A DNA stretch of 64,000 nt, taken from contig NC_086108.1 in assembly GCF_963921235.1 (NCBI RefSeq), positions 26,786,001-26,850,000 on the forward strand, in the 5' to 3' direction. The notes under the pieces are model-generated. The model was not told where the DNA came from and did not search any database. It saw only the letters and a program-made list of their open reading frames with translations. Position 1 is the first letter of the stretch. Every line of letters starts with the position of its first letter. The stretch is from Mobula hypostoma (Eukaryota). Both the position numbers and the translations under genes were made by a program. This document shows, piece by piece, positions 24,650 through 35,168 of the stretch.

Positions 24650-26579
24650 CCTGTACTATCCATTCCAAAACCAAAAGCTGTGGATAAACTAGGAGGTACA
24701 TCATCTGCTGAAGGCTAGATCTGTGGCATTCAGGTCTGGCGACCCAGGCCTGAACCAGAGAACCAGGTATGGTTTGCGGAGGGCTATTTCAAGGGCAAAG
24801 AGACAATTTCGAACGAGGTTGGAGGCGACATCAGATACACGGCAACTCTGGCAGGGATGCAAAACATTACTTCCTACAAAGCAAAACCCAATGATGCCTC
24901 AGTGATGCCTCACTACCAGATGAACTCAACATTTTCTATGCACGCTTTGAAATGGAGAACACAACTACAGCTGTGAAGATCCCTGCTGTACCTGATGACC
25001 CTGTGATCTCCGCCTCAGAGGCCAATGTTAGGCTGTCTTTAAAGGGAGTGAACCCTCGCAAGGCAGTAGGTCCCGATGGAGTACCTGGTAAGTCTCAGAA
25101 AACCTGTACCAACCAACTAGCAGGAGGATTCAAGGACATTTTCAGCCTCTCACTGCTACAGGTGGAAGTTCCTACTTGCTTCAAAAAAACAACAATTATA
25201 CCAGTGCCTAAGAAGAATAATGTGGGCTGCCTTAATGACTGTCGCCCAGTAGCACTCAATTCAACTGTGATGAAATGCCTTGAGAGGTTGGTTATGACTA
25301 GGTGGAACTCCTGCCTCAGCAAGAACCTGGACCTATTGCAATTTGCCTATCTCAATGGCTGTCCACACAGCTTTAGACCAAGTGGACAACACAAGCACCT
25401 ATGTCAGGATGCTGCTCATTGACTATAGTTCAGCATTTAATACCATCATTCCCACAATCTTGATTGAGAAGTTGCAGAACCTGGACCTCTGTACCTCCCT
25501 CTGAAATTGGATCCTTGACTTCCTCACCGGAGACCACAATCTGTGCGGATTGGTGATAACATATCCTCCTCTCTGATGACCAACACTGGCACATCTCGGG
25601 CGTGTGCTTAGCTCACTGCTCTACTCTCTATATACACATGACTGTGTGGCTAGGCACAGCTCAAATACCATCTATAAATTTGCTGATGATACAACCATTG
25701 TTGGTAGAAGCTCAGATGTTGATGAGACGATGTACAGAAGTGAGATATGCCAACTAGTGGAATGGTGTCACAGCAACAACCTGGCATTCAACATCAGTAA
25801 GACGAAAAAGTTGATTGTGGACTTCAGGAAGGGTAAGACGAAGGAACACAAACTAGTCCTCATAGGGATCAGAAGTGGAGAGTGTGAGCAACTTCAAGTT
25901 CCTGGGTGTCAAGATCTCTGAGGATCTAACCTGGTCCCAACATGTCGATGTAGTTATAAAGAAGGCAAAGCAGCAACTATACTTCATTAGGAGTTTGAAG
26001 AGATTTGGCATGTCAATAAATACACTCAGAAACATCTATAGATGTACCGTGGAGAGCATTCTGACAGGCTGCATCACCGTCTAGTGGGGGAGCTACTGCA
26101 CAGGACTGAAAGAAGCTGCAGAGGGTTGTAAATCTAGTCAGCTCCATCTTAGGTACTAGCCTACAAAGTAACCCAGGACATCTTCAGGGAGTGGTGTCTC
26201 AGAAAGGTAGTATGCATTATTAAAGATGTGCAGCACCCAGGGCATGCTCTTTTCTCACTGTTAACATCAGGTAGGAGGTACAGAAGTCTGAAGGTACACA
26301 CTCAGCGATTCAGGAACAGCTTCTTCCCCTTTGCCATCCGATTCCTAAATCTTTGGACAGTACCTCACTTTGTTTGTAATACACAGTATTTCTGTTTTTG
26401 CACATTTTTTAAATCTATTCAACATATGTAATTGATTTACTTGTTTATTTATTATTATTATTATTATTTGTTTATTTTTCTCTGCTAGATTATGTATTGC
26501 ATTGAACTGCTGCTGCTAAGTTAACAAATTTCATGTCACATGCCAGTGATAATAAACCTGATTCTGATTCTGATTCTGA
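24650..26579 (+). mobile_element. Rex1/Babar LINE RT region (decayed)
   Basis: KAVGPDG, IIPVPKK..LNDCRPVAL, LQFAY, KFADDTTIVG, FKFLG; (ATTCTG)n tail. Confidence 0.92.
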
Positions 26580-26930
26580 AGGCACTCAAGGATGTTGTAG
26601 AGAATTTTCTTGGCAACTACGGAGCACCAAATTGTGTGCAGCTGGTTGACAACATGCTCAAAGCATGCAAAACCATGAAGGGTAACATGTCCCTTTTTCA
26701 TTTTCGACATTCCCGTTTGGACTACCCTGCAAATCCTGATGCTGTCAGTGATAAGCATAGTGAAAGGCTTCACCAGAACAAACCAGTTATGGAGAACTGG
26801 TATCTGGGCAACTGGAATCCATCAATGCTAGCCAATTATTTTTGGACACTTAAGCGAGAAACCTCACAGAGTACAAATGAAAGTCATCAAAAAAACTTTT
26901 TTAGCTTAGCTGAACTATTGCAAAATGTCC
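26578..26930 (+). pseudogene. Chapaev3-like (CMC) DNA transposase C-terminal remnant
   Basis: VENFLGNY..NMSL..HF.HS.LD.PAN..AVSDKHSERLHQ..MENWYLGNWNPSMLANYFWTLKRE resembles the FLGN..SDEHGERFHQ..YQG.W..MLADYCW motif series. Confidence 0.75.
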
Positions 26931-27349
26931 AGTGTTTATTTGAATTAATTTCTCAAGGACCAATGTTTTATTTTGTTCCACTCTTTTGCTTTACATTTTT
27001 CTTTTACTGTATATTTATTCTTAGATTCTTTCATTATATTATCTGCCTCTCATTTTTTCATGATGTTGCTGGTTTTTAAAATGCTTCCAAACCTCAGTTC
27101 CATGATCTTTCACTGCTGTTTAGTAAGACATTTCTTTTTTTCTACCTCCATCTTTCACCTCTTTAATTGGATCTTCTCAATGAGTTCTTATTGAACAATG
27201 GCAAAACCTTCTGATCTAATTCAGCTAATAAATTTCATGTCTTGCTGTTACTGCTTTAGACATTCTGACATAAAGCCTCTAATTTTGACAACGTCCATTT
27301 TTTCCAATTTTTATTCAGTTTGATGCTGCAATTTCACAGGCTATATGCT

Positions 27350-27600
27350 CGGAATCAGAATTAAAATCAGTATCAGGTTTATGTCATGAAATTTGTTGTT
27401 TGCAGCAGCATGACAGTGCAAGACATAGAAGATACAAAATAAATAAATAGTGCAAAAGACAAATAATTAGGATGTGATGGTACTCATGCAAAGAGGGCAT
27501 ATCCTGGATGGCAAGCGTCTTTACTATAATGATGGATGCTGCCTTCTTACGGCACTGCTTCTTGAAAAAGTCCTTGATGGTGGGGAAGCCTTTGTCCCAT
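27350..27600 (-). mobile_element. Rex1/Babar 3' end
   Basis: PTIKDFFKKQCRKKAASII; AATCAG-type tail. Confidence 0.7.
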
Positions 27601-27847
27601 GGTACCACTTAGCATCCGTTATCTTGTCTATTTGCTCCAGTGCTCTGAATTGCCACACAAATGCTGACTGGATTGTATTTTTATACACTACCTTTATAAT
27701 TCCTGACTCAAGCATTAGTCTTTTTCTCAAATTTATTTTCCTGTGATATATTCTCTATCAATGATTTTTCTGCCAGGGTCAACTCTGCTGGGAGTAATTC
27801 ATAAGGTTTGTCCATCATCATCGATGAAGACCTCGACACCATTAGCA

Positions 27848-27983
27848 CCGTTTACGAGGCTGAGTTGCTAGCTCGACGTTCAGCCCAGCATGGATGGAAA
27901 GCATGCAAGGGAGCCAGCCAGATTCGAATTCGGCACCTCTCATCCCGAAGTCCAGCACTGATGCCACTAAGCCACCAGCTGGC
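27848..27983 (-). mobile_element. tRNA-derived SINE (relative of 4857-5090)
   Basis: Minus strand GCCAGCTGGTGGCTTAGTGG (A box), TTCGAATC (B box), shared TTTCCATCC..GCAACTC..CCTCGTAAA body. Confidence 0.75.
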
Positions 27984-28312
27984 TTATGGTGGTGTCGAGA
28001 CTAGCGCGTGATTTGGATTTAAGTGAGGGAGGGATGTGCAGCATCAGCCTCACTCTCTCTTCCCAATTCCCATCTGGATCCAATGGCAAGACAAGAGTTG
28101 AGACGGCTGGAGATGGGACCAGGCGCAGTGGATGACCAGGACGTATTCTGTGTCTTGTCCTTCTCTACACGTTCCGCGACGCTTGCAGAGACCACCTTCT
28201 TGACCGTTGGACCTTCCATTGGTCTCGTTCGCTCAATTTGCCGGAGTCTGTCTTCACATGCTGGGATAGACATCCCTCTATCTCACTGAGGGTTTGAGAC
28301 CCGTCGGCTACC

Positions 28313-28495
28313 CTCACCTGGTTTAGCCGGCTTGTCGAAGCCATTGCCTGGAGTGTGGCCGCTGTCGCATGCAATCAGCTACAGGGAGCCACAGGTGAGA
28401 GCTGAGTGCCAGGTGGGGACCAATGGTGGACTAACCGCCTTGAAAAGGACGTGACATGTTCCCCCACCAGAGGTGTTACCCCTCCCTGACACCCC
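28313..28495 (-). ncRNA. HDV-like self-cleaving ribozyme (nested double pseudoknot)
   Basis: Minus strand: P1 GGGGTGT/ACACTCC, P2 CTCACCTGT/ACCAGGTGAG, P3 GGC/GCC, L3 starting TCCCTG, AGGCAAT junction, P4 GGCTT-CGAC-AAGCC, J4/2 GGCTAA. Confidence 0.75.
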
Positions 28496-28705
28496 ATAGA
28501 CCCCAAATTCATAGAGGCCAATTCACCTACCAACCCACATGTCTTTGGGCTGTGGCGGTGAACCAGAGCAATGGAGGGAGAGCAAGCAAACTCCATATGC
28601 ATTTGCAGGAAGAATATGAAATTCTACATAGACAGCAGTCAAGTATAGGGTTAAAATCTGTTCACTGGAGCTACGAGTCAGCAGTACCAATGGCAGCAAC
28701 ATCAT
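28496..28705 (-). mobile_element. V-SINE-like remnant
   Basis: GGCCAATTCACCTACCAACC..GTCTTTG..AACCAGAGCA..CAAACTCC matches the reverse complement of other V-SINE copies. Confidence 0.6.
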
Positions 28706-29123
28706 GAGACATTGATGGGCTAAGTAGTCTCCTTCTGTCTTACAAAGAAAAGATTTATCTTGAAGAAATTTTTTTTGAGCCATCTGCACAATATCTATTT
28801 CACAGTGACCATCACTGAAGATTAGAGGCTATCCCTGGGTAACAAATGGGTTCTAATTTTACAGGTGTTCATATGCTGATTGTATGTGTTGTAAGACAGA
28901 AAATACACAAAAATCACCATATTGGAAGGCAGGGTGCTGTGTGAGATTGGATCGCTCTGGGCACCAAGCTGATTTGGAGAGGTCAAGAACAGCTTCTCTG
29001 GCAGTGGATTCGCTGCTGCTGGGCTTGGTTCCTAGTGCAAGGTTTGGAGAATTTAAATGGCAGGCCAGATAGACTGGGAGCTCCTCTCTCCATAACGCTA
29101 ACACAGTGAGACTGCCCCCGGCT

Positions 29124-29160
<37 letters not shown>

Positions 29161-29225
29161 AGTGAGAGTGAGAGTGAGGGAGAGAGGGAGAGAGGGAGAG
29201 AGGGAGAGAGGGAGAGAGAGAGAGA
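29124..29225. repeat. Compound microsatellite (GTGAGA)n-(GGGAGAGA)n-(GA)n
   Basis: Direct reading. Confidence 0.95.
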
Positions 29226-29277
29226 AAACAAGTTCTGGCAATTACAGGAACATACAATGGACTTTTGAAATTAATAA

Positions 29278-29898
29278 TGTAGGGTTCTCAGTAATATTAA
29301 TTGCAATGTTAACTGTTAGCTGCTAATAATATGGTTTCTCGGTAGTGTTATAATGAAATGTCTTCTTTGTAATGTTAACTGATGAGGTAATGTTCTTTGT
29401 AGCTGAAGTGTTTGGGTTATAATTATAGATAACAGAGAAGTAACCAATGGAAGTCATGTTATTCTATCTGTATGTGTGGGAACCTGAGTGAGTGTGTGGA
29501 AATTCAGCGAGGAGAGGCGAAGAGGAAGGACGTGCGGGAGGCTCTCTGGCAGACCACCGTGGTTGGTCCCAGTCCGAGGGTCGAGGAGTTCGGAGGAGAG
29601 CGAATGGTGGAGAGAAGACTTCTGTTTCTTGAGCTCCAACGATTGTGCACAAACTGGTTAACTCTGCTAAGTGTGGCGCCTTTTTCTTTTATATTTGTTT
29701 CCCTACTAACCAGATAGTCACAGTAAAATTTATAAAGTGTAAGCATTTAATCGTTCACTGTGTACTGTCTGATGTTTTATGATGTGGGGTTTGTACCGGG
29801 GTGCATTACACAGCATCTACGCAAATGTGAGACACAGTTTGGCTGGCAGACGGTGGTTTCCTCTAGACGAACATGAGGTGATAGTGCTGAGTGTTACA
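29278..29898 (+). repeat. 5' LTR
   Basis: TGTAGGGTTCTC..GTGTTACA; direct repeat of 33528-34149. Confidence 0.95.
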
Positions 29899-29920
29899 TT
29901 TGTGGGGCGCTCATCCGATC
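29899..29920 (+). promoter_or_regulatory. Primer-binding site, tRNA-Pro-like (degenerate)
   Basis: TGGGGCGCTCATCCGAT just after the LTR resembles the tRNA-Pro PBS TGGGGGCTCGTCCGGGAT. Confidence 0.6.
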
Positions 29921-29999
29921 ATTGACTTCTGTGGATGCTGTGTGACCACTCTGTTTAAAGTACAGTTGTGATTGTGACAGCTGCATTTCAGTGATGGTG

Positions 30000-32900
30000 T
30001 GTGGCTGCTGGGGTGCCAGTGAGCAAAGGCTGGTGGAGAAGATGTTGAAGCTGGAAGATGTTTTTTCCCTTGGCGAGTTTGATGTGGGTTGTTCCAGGAG
30101 CACTCGCCACGCCATCCAGCTGACTGAGGACACCCTGTTTAGAGAGAGGTCGCAGTGACTGGCCCCCGCAGATGTGGATAATGTGCGGCAGCACTTCCAT
30201 AAGTTGAAGGAAGCTGGGCTCATCTCTGAATCCCGAAGCCCTTATGCGTCCCCAATAGTAGTGGCCTGGAAGAAGAAAGGAAAGGCACGCATGTGTGTGG
30301 ACTATAGGACCCTGAATCGGTGCACAGTCCCTGACCAGTATACGGTTCTGAGAGTCGAAGACGCACTGGCCCGTCTGAGTGGGGTGAAATAGTTTAGTGT
30401 GCTGGACTTGAGGAGTGGAAATTACCAGATCCCGATGAGTGAGGCCGACAAAGAGAAGATGGCATTTATATACCCTCTGGGATTTTCACAGTTCAAAAGG
30501 ATGCCCCAGGGCATTTTGGGAGCCCTTGCCACCTTCCAAAGGGTCATGGAGAATACGGTGGGGAATATGAATTTGCTCAAAGTGTTGGTGTATTTGGATC
30601 CACCTTGGAAGAACACGAAGCGAGGCTATTGAAAGTGCTGATCCGACTGAAGGAGGAAGGGTTAAAACTTTCCCTGGACAAGTGCCAGTTCTGCAAGACG
30701 TCTGTTAGCTATGTTGGGCACATAATCTTGCGAGATGGAGTAGCTACAGATGAGGCTAAGATAGAAGCAGTGACCATGTGGCCGAGGCCCCAGACTGTGA
30801 GCGCTTTACGCTCATTCTTGGGGTTCTGTGGTTATTATCGGAGATTTGTGAAGGGCTATACCAAAGTGAGCCACCCCTTGTACCAGCTTTTGTGTGATTA
30901 CCCTCCCTTGGGGAAGAAAGGGAAAGGGAAAAAGGGACAGGAGGTTGGAGAATATCTCAACCCATCGGAGCCCTTCGGACACAGGTGGGATGCAAAATGT
31001 GAGGAGGCTTTTAAATTGCTGAAAGAGTTGCTGACCCAGGCACCGGTGCTGACTTTTGCGGACCCCCGATTGCCCTATGTACTACACATCGATGCCAGTC
31101 GAAAGGGATTAGAGCCATCTTGTTTCAGGATCATGGCACCGGGTTGAGGCCTGTAGTGTTTGTCAGCCGGAGTTTGTCGCCCTCCGAGAGAACTATCCTA
31201 CCCACAAGTTGGAGTTCCTGGCATTGAAATGGGCGGTGGTGGATAAGCTGAGTGACTATCTCTACGGGGCCAAGTTTGAGGTGAGGACAGACAACAACCC
31301 GTTCACTTACATCTTGACCGCGGAGAAACTGGATGCTGCAGGGCATCAGTGGTTGGCGGCATTGTCAGTATCTGATTTCAGCCTGAAGTATCAGCCGGGG
31401 AGTTGGAACGTCGATGTGGACGCTTTGTCCTGACCGATGCATGAGGAACTGGAGGGATGAGGAGTGGAAGAGTGTTCCTGCCCCTGGGGTGAAGGCCATG
31501 TGTCAGTTTGCTAACACCGTGAAGGCTGAGGAAAAGGAGAGGCCGGATCGTGCAGTGGACCCATTGGGAGCTTCTGATGATGCCCTGCCCCCAGTTTACT
31601 GTGACCCGACCACTCTGAAGACCAAACAGCTGCTGGAATTAAGTCCTGGGGAAGTGGCAGCTGCTCAGCGAGATGACCCGGGCATTGGCACAGTCTGGTA
31701 CACGGTGGAGAAGGGGATATGGCATGGGTGGAGAAGACAAAACACGTTTTGGTGCCTCCATTATTCAGGGAATGGCCTCATTTGTAGTTGAGGAACAAAT
31801 TTTATACCAGGTAACGTCACCCCTGGACCGACCTCGGTGTTGGCAGTTGGTCCTGCCTGAGAAGTATCGGAAGATTGTGTTGAAGTCACTGCACAATGAT
31901 CCTGGAAACTTGGGGGAGGAAAGGACCTATGGATTGCTCAAAGACAGGTTTTACTGGCCCCGAATGAAGTCGGAGGTTGAAGAGTACTGCATGCATTTGC
32001 TGCATACGCCGGAAGACACTGCTTGTACAGGCCGCTCCTCTGTCACACTTGCAGAGTGCAGGGCCCCTGGACCTGGTGTGTATGGATCTTCTGTCCATAG
32101 AACCTGATGCCAGCGACACGGCAAATGTCTCAGTCATCACGGATCATGACCCTAGGTATGCTCAGGCTTTTCCTACCAAGGACCAGAGGGCGACTACTGT
32201 GGCAGAAGTGTTACGGGAGAAGTATTTTGGACATTGTGGCCTTCCCCGGTGGACACATAGTGACCAGGGACGGGACTTTGAGAGTAAGCTCAGCAATGAG
32301 TTACTGGGCATGCTGGGAGTTGAGAAATCGAGGACCACGCCCTATCATCCGCAGGGTGATCCCCAGCCTGGGAGGTTTAATCGGACCTTGCTAGACATGC
32401 TCGGGACTATGGAGATCAGCAAGAAGGGCAGATGGAGTCAACATATTGGGCATCTGGTTCACTGTTTTAACTGTACACGCAATGAAGCTACTGAGTATTT
32501 GCCCTATTATGTGATGTTCGGGCGCGAGGCGAGGTTGCCCATTGACCTCTGTTTCACGACTGACGCGGGTGACGTACCGCCGAAGCATTATCTGAAGTAT
32601 GTGTCTGATATGAGGAGAGAGCTGAAAAGGGCTTACGAGTTGGCTGAGGTGGCGGCCACCAAGCAGAATCGGGGAAATAAAAGTAGGTATGACCAGGAAG
32701 TGAAGTTCTCCCAACTCCTGTTGGGAGACAGAGTCCTCATATGGAATTTGGGGCTACCTGGAAAGCATAAGTTGACTGACCATTGGGTGGTCACACCCCA
32801 TGTTGTGGAGAGTCAGATGCCAAACTTACCGATTTTTCGGGTGAGGCCCGAGGAGAGGAAGGGTCCTGTCAAGATTCTTCATCGGAACCACCTGTTGCCC

Positions 32901-33248
32901 CTGGGACAAGAGGTGCAGGTAGACCTAGAGCCCAACTTGGAGTCTACACCTAGTACGAGGACTCTGCGGAAGCATGGGACGATAGAAGATACCACTGCAA
33001 AAGAGGTGGGGCCGAGCCCAGCCCCGGAAAAAGATACCAATTCAGAAGATGCTGCTTCGGATGAGTGGTACATGCTGCCGTTCGCTAACTCTCCCGTGAT
33101 GCAGGAAGAGACTCCAAGCCCTTCTCCCACTGCGTCAGGTGAGGTGAGGGGGCTATTAGTGGGCGACAGGGAATGCAGCAGGACTTGGGAGGAGAAGAAA
33201 TGGGGCCTGAACCCAAGACAGGGGGCTCCGAGTTGCGGAGGGGTTTGA
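30000..33248 (+). pseudogene. pol: Gypsy pol (RT, RNase H, integrase) with stops and frameshifts
   Basis: SPYASPIVV..RMCVDYRTLN, LDLRSG.YQI, RMPQG, LRSFLGFCGYYRRF, IDAS, EFLALKWA, TDNNP, HSDQGRDFES, TTPYHPQGD. Confidence 0.93.
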
Positions 33249-33512
33249 ATGACAGATCGCGGGAGGTTTTGCTAGGTAGCCCCAAAGTGCCCCAGTAGTA
33301 TCTGAGCCGGAGGAGCTAGAAGAGGTGGTATGGAGGTCTCAGAGGATTAGGAACCCTCCAGAGAGTTTGGCCTATGTAGCACCTGGGGAGCAGGATGAGA
33401 TCTCTACTGTTTTGGGGAGTTATGTCACTGCTTTCTGCACGTGGATTGGGCTCTGTGTTTTGCAGGAGGGGTTGGCAAATTATCTGAAAGTCATGAGGAC
33501 ATGACTAAATTC

Positions 33513-33527
33513 GGTGGGGGGGGAGAA
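33513..33527 (+). promoter_or_regulatory. Polypurine tract
   Basis: GGTGGGGGGGGAGAA directly before the 3' LTR. Confidence 0.85.
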
Positions 33528-34149
33528 TGTAGGGTTCTCAGTAATATAAACTGTAATGTTAACTGTTAACTGCTAATAATAAAATGGCTTCTCAGTAGTG
33601 CTATAATGAAATGGCTTCTCTGTAATGTTAACTGATGAGGTAATGTTCTTTGTAGCTGAAATGTTTGGGTTATAATTATAGATAACAGGGAAGTAACCAA
33701 TGGACGTCATGTTATTCTATCTGCATGTGTGGGAACCTGAGTGAGTGCGTGGGAATTCAGCGAGGAGAGGCGAAGAGGAAGGACGTGTGGGAAGTGCTCT
33801 GGTAGACCACCACGGTTGGTCCCAGTCCCAGGGTTGAGGAGTTCGAAGGAGATCGAATGGTGGAGAGACCTTTGTTTCTTGAGCTCCAGTGATTGTGCAC
33901 AAACTGATTAACTCTGATATATGTGGTGCCTTTTTCTTTTATATTTGTTTCCCTACTAACCACATAGTCACAGTAAGATTTATAAAGTGTAATCATTTAA
34001 TCATATATTGTGTTATGTCTGATGTTTTCATGGTGTGGGGTTTGTACCGGGGTGCATTACACAGCATCTATGCAAACGTGAGACACAGTTTGGCCGGCAG
34101 ACGGTGGTTTCCCCTAGATGAACGTGAGGTGATAGCGCTGAGTGTTACA
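33528..34149 (+). repeat. 3' LTR
   Basis: Direct repeat of 29278-29898, roughly 90% identical by eye. Confidence 0.95.
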
Positions 34150-34605
34150 ATATTAAATGAGCATATTTATATGTAGCGTTTGTCCATGAGTTGGGCATTT
34201 ATACTCGGGTACTGCCTGAACCCTAACACACGGTCTATGCATATTTCTGCTTGATGAATGATGGGGAGGGTGAAATGTAGAGGTGATATCACTGCTACTG
34301 AAGCTTCTTCAAACATTAGGTATGAAACTACCATGAGTACAGACCTTAAGAAAGCACATGCTAGAAACAACTGGAGCAGGGATGTACTTTGATACTTGTT
34401 TAAACTGTGGAGTTATTTCCTCATGTGAATTGTTAGTGTGGATGAAACTGAGCTGGGAGTTTGAGATCTACTGTAGATATGACCCCTCTCTATTATCTGA
34501 GAGTGAAAACGACCCGAAAAGCACTTGCTGAGTGTTAAAATGAGTAGGTAATATGTTTGTCATTGAACATGAAAAAGACAAAGGTTACATCACCTAGGTG
34601 AAATA

Positions 34606-35168
34606 CAAGGAGTGATTGATAAGTTCGTGGCCAAATGTAGAAGGAGTCAATTTTAGAAAACCTAGCACATTTGTTTTTCAACATGGTCCCCTCCTACATT
34701 TACACACTTAGTCCAGCTGTCGGGAGCATACAGATCCCTTCCTTGTAGAAGTCGGTGTTTTGGACCTCCAGAAAGTGGTCCACAGCAGGGGTGATTGATA
34801 AGTTTGTGGCCTAAGGTAGAAGGAGATGAGTTAGAAACGTAAACATGAGGAATTCTGCAGATGCTGGAGATGAGTTATATAGCTCTTGTTACATGCACGT
34901 GCAGTTTGACTCTCAGTGATTATGCAGAAAGTTTGAAGTTAACTCATCTCCTTCCACCTTAGGCCACAAACTTATCAATCACCCCTGCTGTGGACCAATT
35001 TCTGGAGGTCCAAGATGCCGACTTCTACAAAGAAGGGATCCATATGCTCCACAACTGCTAGACTAAGTGTGTACATGTAGGAGGGGAAAATGTTGAAAAA
35101 TAAATGTGCTAGGTTTTCTAAAATTGACGCCGTCTACCTTAGGCCACGGACTTATCAATCACCCCTTG
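34606..35168. mobile_element. Palindromic mariner-derived MITE
   Basis: TA flanks (34604-34605, 35169-35170); about 228-bp inverted arms starting CAAGG.GTGATTGATAAGT; arm encodes a mariner transposase C-terminus. Confidence 0.88.

Larger units (their letters stand above)
27806..28495 (-). mobile_element. Ribozyme-headed RTE-like element (5'UTR fragment or non-autonomous derivative)
   Basis: GC/CpG-rich non-coding block starting at the predicted HDV-like cleavage site; GATGATGAT near the distal end; interrupted by a SINE. Confidence 0.55.
29278..34149 (+). mobile_element. Gypsy/Ty3 LTR retrotransposon, gag/protease-deleted, decayed pol
   Basis: Two TG..CA LTRs, PBS, PPT, RT-RNaseH-integrase order; flanks ATAA/ATAT (imperfect 4-bp TSD). 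Confidence 0.95.

Noticed and set aside
28859..29257. ORFs with SLSP/LT/SH repeats
   Set aside because: Translation artefacts of the microsatellite
29379..29410. CTGATGAG in both LTRs as a hammerhead core
   Set aside because: No helix II followed by GAAA and no closing helices
31977..33248. 423-aa ORF as a functional or domesticated integrase
   Set aside because: It is part of a frameshifted Gypsy pol, the third catalytic position reads PGRFN rather than PERFN, and the zinc-finger region is disrupted
33250..33490. env-like gene between integrase and the 3' LTR
   Set aside because: Too short; only the decayed pol tail and UTR are present
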